From Oligoflexales bacterium (GTDB taxonomy: Bacteria; Bdellovibrionota_B; Oligoflexia; Oligoflexales; Bog-1112), in the NCBI GenBank assembly GCA_045105515.1, contig JBGCDR010000040.1, positions 32,001 through 96,000 on the forward strand: a stretch of DNA of 64,000 nucleotides, read 5' to 3'. Numbering within the stretch: position 1 is the first letter of the stretch; the number at the start of each line of letters is the position of its first letter. Positions 59,512-64,000 of the stretch are shown here, piece after piece. Under the pieces are notes generated by a model that was not told the origin of the DNA, made no database searches, and saw only the letters and a program-made list of their open reading frames with translations. The position numbers and the translations under genes were made by a program.

Positions 59512-62500
59512 CTATTTTGCCTGAGCAGGGGACATGACCCCTTCTTTTAAAGATTTATACTTACTCGGAAGCAACTCTGATAGCTTTGCTAGAGACTTAT
59601 TGCGATAGTTTGTAAACACTTTGTTTTGCCTTGCGAATTCATATGCATTTTGAAAGGACTTCAATAATTTGTCTCGCAAAGATATAGTAATTCGTTCCTT
59701 TGCGTTTAAAATATCCCTAGCCTCCTCATCTCTGAGTCCATCCATATTCCATTTCTTGACAAATGAGCTCATGGCCTGCTCATATACAGTTCCAAGTTTA
59801 TAATACGCCTCAGTAAGTCCTTCCACACTGGCTATATTAATCAAACGTGCAAAAAATGCTTCCAATTTGGCAATATGCTGCATATAGCTTTGAATTGAAC
59901 TCTGATACTCATTGAAATCATAGTAAGCTACTTTCTGCTGTGAAAAATCTAAGACAAGTGCATTAGTAATGTCTAAGTAGAATTTCGTAAGAGCCTCCCT
60001 TGCTTTTTCTGCAAATTTTCGCGGTTTAGATTTTAAATTAGCCTCTAATTGTAGTAGTTGTGGGTTATTGGCACTTGAAGGTATGTTTGGAGTTGTCAAA
60101 ACTGTTACCTGAGCAAGCGCAAACAAAGTTGTTTCGGCACTAAGCTTTCTGTATTTATTTAGATAATTTTGATAAGCGCTCGCAGCTTTATTAAACTGAT
60201 CAAGTTTGAGATGTATTTCAGCTGTCTCAAGCAATGCTTTTGGAGCAAAATTAGAGTTTGGGTACTTAGAACTAATATTTGATAAAAGCAAAGAACTTCT
60301 ATCAAGATTGTTCAAACCTTTATAAATTTGCCCAGCTTGATATAGGACCTGCGGCGACCGTTTATCCGTAGGATATCTTATCGAAAATTTTTCATATGAT
60401 TCAGCTGCTGCACGATACTGATTCAAGCTCTGGAATGCCCTACCAATTGCAAATAGGGTGTTAGCACCAAAACCTGATTTTGGATATGTTGACAAAAGAG
60501 ACTGGCCAACTAATATACCTTTTTTTCCATTACCAAGCGAGAAATAAAGAGTCATGGCATTGAATAATGCCTTGTCTGCAACCTTATCAGTTGGCAATCT
60601 CTTCTGATAAGCTATGAATGCCTCTGCCGCTTTCTCATATTTTTTTGCAGCCTGATATGCAAGGGCAATCTGCCACATTCCTTTCTTAAGCTTTTCAATA
60701 ATAAATACAGCAATCTCTCTACCTAGTTGCTGCTCAAATTTAATAAATTTTTCACTCCAAGCTGTTAGTCCAAACCAATCACGATTAACATCAAAAAAAG
60801 ATAAAACGATCTTCACTGTGGTCTTACTTTCAGGACTTGTTGGACCAAGCCTCACCGTATCCTGAAAGCGAGCCAAAGCTTTTTTGTAGTGACCATAGTC
60901 AAACATTATTTTTGCTGCGTTAAACCTTAAGCTTGAACTTTTTTTATTATTTGGAAAAAATACCAAATACGTATCAGTTACATCTATAAGAATTTGTTTT
61001 TGACGTGGTATTTTTATGGACTTTTTTAGCGAACCTGGCTTTGGAATTTTGGGAAACTTAGTCTTCTTAACTAAATTTGTTTGCAAAGTGATCATTTTTT
61101 CAGCTGAATAGTTTCTTTGCTCTGCATTACTCTTTTTAAATTTTGCTACGATATGATACTGCAATACAGCATCTTCAATCTTACCTAGTTTTTCTAAAGT
61201 AATCGCATAATTAAAACGAATATTTGGAATTTCAAGACCATTCGGAAATAAGAAAATATAGAGTGCATATAAAATATTTGTAGCTTTTAAGTAATCAATT
61301 TTTTGAGATGTGTTATATATTCGATAATAGTGTGAACTTTTCTCAACAATTAGTTGGTGAGTTTTAATCCTTGCCTGCTTTTGTAATTTAATATTAGATC
61401 TGTTGGTCTTTAACCAACCTCCATTTTTATCTGACAAGGTTTTTGCAAGATCTTGTACTTCGGTTACAACATCTATAGGTCTATCATTCTTAAATAAGAG
61501 TTCTATTAATCGTAGCTGCAATCGTATTTGATTTTTTCTTCCAGGTGCCTTCTTAAATAGGATATGGTAAAAACTCGCAGCTTTTTGCGGATTATTTGCT
61601 AGCTCAAATTTCCATCCAAGTCGCTCGACCGTGTTGAAATAAGCTTCCTTGTTGCTAGTAACATTAAGAAAAAAGGTGCTAGCTGACTTAAAATTGAAGG
61701 ATTCTGACCAAAGCCATATGAGATCATTTGTAGAATTACGTTTAAGTAATTTATATGCAGCTGATCTTTGAAGGGCCGAGGAGCCTAGACCAGACTTTGA
61801 AGCAATCTTTCTAACAAGAGCTTCCATTTTCCTGACTTTGTCCCGATTTATTTTACCGCCAAGAAATGCTTCCATTCCAAAGACCCAGCCTAATTTATAT
61901 TGAGCCCACTGAGCAATTCCAACCACTCCAGTTTTCATCGCTTGGGAATAAAATTGTTTTGCTTTGATGAAGTTCCTCTTGGCAAAGAAATATTCACCAA
62001 GACCAAGCATAGATTTTTTTGCCCAAACACTTTTACCAAATTGCTTAATAATCTTCTCAAAATAGAGCGAAGCATTTGGGTTAGCAACCAAGAGCTGTAA
62101 GTTAGCCATTTGATACAAGAGCTCTGGGTCATTATTAAATTTCGGAAAACCATTGAAAAGATCGCGATAGGCTTGAATAGCTTTACGGGCATAATTTTGG
62201 CTAGTTGTAAGTTCAGCTTCTGGCTGTTCACCTCTCACATCTGATTCCAAGTCTAACCAGGCATCATATTTTTTTCTATATATATTTATTGCTTTTTCTC
62301 TTTCTTTAACAGTATTTTGCACATAGAGCTGAGTAAGTCGAATCATCAACCCAGCTCGTGTTGCCTTGCTGATATTAGATTGATTAAGAAGCTTTTTAAT
62401 GGTGGCAAGCGTTTTGTCGCTTTCAATAACTCTATACTTCTTTCCTTCACCAGTGAAAAAATCAAGCAAGTATATAAAATCATGATAATCTTCTTGTTGA

Positions 62501-62640
62501 GGAGCTTTCCAGTCATTGGTAATTCGTTCTGCGATCCTGCCTGAAGATTCTGCGATGAGATAATCTGCTGATAAGGTATTTAACAACAAGCTCAGGAAGA
62601 TAAAAGCAAGTATTTTAACTGGTGATTTAACAACTAACAT
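59512..62640 (-). CDS. Large exported TPR protein (GltD/AgmU-like by architecture)
   Basis: 1042 aa; signal peptide; LGLGEYFF, AQYKLGW, repeated YP-containing TPR units. Confidence 0.78.
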   Translation of the reverse strand: MLVVKSPVKILAFIFLSLLLNTLSADYLIAESSGRIAERITNDWKAPQQEDYHDFIYLLDFFTGEGKKYRVIESDKTLATIKKLLNQSNISKATRAGLMIRLTQLYVQNTVKEREKAINIYRKKYDAWLDLESDVRGEQPEAELTTSQNYARKAIQAYRDLFNGFPKFNNDPELLYQMANLQLLVANPNASLYFEKIIKQFGKSVWAKKSMLGLGEYFFAKRNFIKAKQFYSQAMKTGVVGIAQWAQYKLGWVFGMEAFLGGKINRDKVRKMEALVRKIASKSGLGSSALQRSAAYKLLKRNSTNDLIWLWSESFNFKSASTFFLNVTSNKEAYFNTVERLGWKFELANNPQKAASFYHILFKKAPGRKNQIRLQLRLIELLFKNDRPIDVVTEVQDLAKTLSDKNGGWLKTNRSNIKLQKQARIKTHQLIVEKSSHYYRIYNTSQKIDYLKATNILYALYIFLFPNGLEIPNIRFNYAITLEKLGKIEDAVLQYHIVAKFKKSNAEQRNYSAEKMITLQTNLVKKTKFPKIPKPGSLKKSIKIPRQKQILIDVTDTYLVFFPNNKKSSSLRFNAAKIMFDYGHYKKALARFQDTVRLGPTSPESKTTVKIVLSFFDVNRDWFGLTAWSEKFIKFEQQLGREIAVFIIEKLKKGMWQIALAYQAAKKYEKAAEAFIAYQKRLPTDKVADKALFNAMTLYFSLGNGKKGILVGQSLLSTYPKSGFGANTLFAIGRAFQSLNQYRAAAESYEKFSIRYPTDKRSPQVLYQAGQIYKGLNNLDRSSLLLSNISSKYPNSNFAPKALLETAEIHLKLDQFNKAASAYQNYLNKYRKLSAETTLFALAQVTVLTTPNIPSSANNPQLLQLEANLKSKPRKFAEKAREALTKFYLDITNALVLDFSQQKVAYYDFNEYQSSIQSYMQHIAKLEAFFARLINIASVEGLTEAYYKLGTVYEQAMSSFVKKWNMDGLRDEEARDILNAKERITISLRDKLLKSFQNAYEFARQNKVFTNYRNKSLAKLSELLPSKYKSLKEGVMSPAQAK

Positions 62641-62720
62641 ACGATAACTTAACCTCTAATCCTTTTTCAACATAAGTTACTACTGAAAAAGCAAGCCCTG
62701 TTTATTTGGCTGCGATGGTT

Positions 62721-62748
62721 GTTTCGGAGAAATTATTTCAAAACCTTA
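62721..62748 (-). promoter_or_regulatory. Sigma28-like promoter
   Basis: Minus strand TAAG-N16-TCCGAAAC. Confidence 0.45.
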
Positions 62749-62907
62749 GTCACAGCTATCTTATCAGATCTTAAAATACAAGTAGCCCAGCATAATCCCA
62801 TGAGATTTTTCCCCTGCAGACTTAATACATATAGCTGAAATAAATTTATGATAATCATCTGATTTTATTTTTATTACTATTTAAAATACTTTTACAGCCA
62901 AATTTAT

Positions 62908-64000
62908 CTATAATTTAAATGCTGTATGCAAGGAGATTGCCAACTGATTCGAACTAATTTTATTGTCGGATCCATCACTAGTTTGACTTTCATCACCTGT
63001 TTTTAGCGCAAGAGAGGCCCCATACGTTCCTAGTTTGAGAAATGGTTTTTCGACGCTCATATGAATGCTACGGTAAGCAATCTTGCTTTCATCTGTATAA
63101 CGGTCAAGGTTGAAGAAGTGGTTTGTATTCATGCTAAAAGCAGCTTCCACACGAATATTCCTTCGAATTAGATAGCGACTGCCTATGAAAAGCCCAAAAG
63201 CATTTTTTGTAGAATTATCCTCGCTTGATCCTAACTTTTGCGTGTTCAACCAGTAAGTAAATTTTCCATAAACCAATAGATTTTTGCGCTTTGCCCATGA
63301 GGTGAATAGATCTAGCTTATCACCTTCTTGTTCGTAAACCTTTTCATTGCCATCTTCACTGGCAAGTGAATGCCCTGGTGTATATTTAACACCAGCCTCA
63401 AATTTCCTGATATTTTTTAGATAAGAAATGCTTATTTCATTCCAATAAAATAAATGTTTCCTAAACTCATAAACCCCACCCTGAAGCAAAACTGAGTGAG
63501 GTTCAAGACTCACCCCAACAAAGTGAATTTCTTTGATAGGTAGAGCAAATGCTAAGCCGCCTTTGTTCCGGCTTACCATCAGATCAGCTTGACTATCATA
63601 GAGGTTTGCATCTCCTTGCAATTGCTCAAGTTCATAGTTCATCATCATATAGAGCTTTAAATGTCTATCCTTAACAGCTGCATAGGCACCCAGTTTATGG
63701 CCTGTTAATTTTTTTAAATAATGTTCTCCAGTAAAACTCATGTCAAAATTGTGTTTGAGGAATCCCAACTGAAAGGCAAGCTGCCTCGGCTTTTGAATAG
63801 CAAGCAAACCCGAAGCCATGAAAAAAGGTGAATTTATAGATAATTCATCAAAAGATAGAGGCGAAAAACGATGTTTCCTTTTGGATCCTTTAAGCTCCAG
63901 CTCTAAAGTCAGTAAATCTCCTTCCCAAAATTGATCAACCGCCTTTACACGCAAAACCTGAGTAGAATTTAATTTTCTTAAGAAGGTCGCACTCGTTTTT
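62908..64000 (-). CDS. Probable outer-membrane beta-barrel protein; 5' end lies beyond the window
   Basis: Frame stays open from 63954 to the window end; amphipathic beta-strand pattern throughout. Confidence 0.65.
   Translation of the reverse strand, partial: KTSATFLRKLNSTQVLRVKAVDQFWEGDLLTLELELKGSKRKHRFSPLSFDELSINSPFFMASGLLAIQKPRQLAFQLGFLKHNFDMSFTGEHYLKKLTGHKLGAYAAVKDRHLKLYMMMNYELEQLQGDANLYDSQADLMVSRNKGGLAFALPIKEIHFVGVSLEPHSVLLQGGVYEFRKHLFYWNEISISYLKNIRKFEAGVKYTPGHSLASEDGNEKVYEQEGDKLDLFTSWAKRKNLLVYGKFTYWLNTQKLGSSEDNSTKNAFGLFIGSRYLIRRNIRVEAAFSMNTNHFFNLDRYTDESKIAYRSIHMSVEKPFLKLGTYGASLALKTGDESQTSDGSDNKISSNQLAISLHTAFKL

Noticed and set aside
2798..62544. Numerous 60-150 aa ORFs nested in longer genes
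   Set aside because: Antisense or alternate-frame shadows without RBS or motifs
1..64000. CRISPR array, IS, integrase, prophage or defence system
   Set aside because: No repeat-spacer pattern or matching proteins recognised; cobB is a housekeeping sirtuin, not a defence SIR2

Overview
AT-rich, gene-dense bacterial chromosomal segment; no rRNA, tRNA, CRISPR array or mobile element was recognised. Gene content (gliding-type TPR pair, PilT with a duplicated N-domain, Flp-like pilin, many orphan lipoproteins, recurring sigma28-like promoters) suggests Bdellovibrionota/Oligoflexia or a related deltaproteobacteria-like lineage (inference). Housekeeping genes: acyl-CoA ligase (partial), cobB, pta, tas, sthA, MoxR operon, soxCD-like pair, galE, mnmG, cutA, queE, mce, serA, rpsU, pilT and a GT4 glycosyltransferase. 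Most notable: (1) a Chlamydia/Rickettsia-type nucleotide (ATP/ADP) translocase; (2) a SerC-family aminotransferase with a Sec signal peptide and altered active-site motifs; (3) a secreted minimal pseudokinase and a small secreted ankyrin protein; (4) about ten sigma28-like promoters, mostly ahead of envelope, motility and signalling genes, one preceding a candidate structured sRNA; (5) an A9 tract splitting the gene behind the Flp-like pilin. Together these suggest a predatory or host-exploiting toolkit. All family calls come from motif recognition by eye; no database searches were run.
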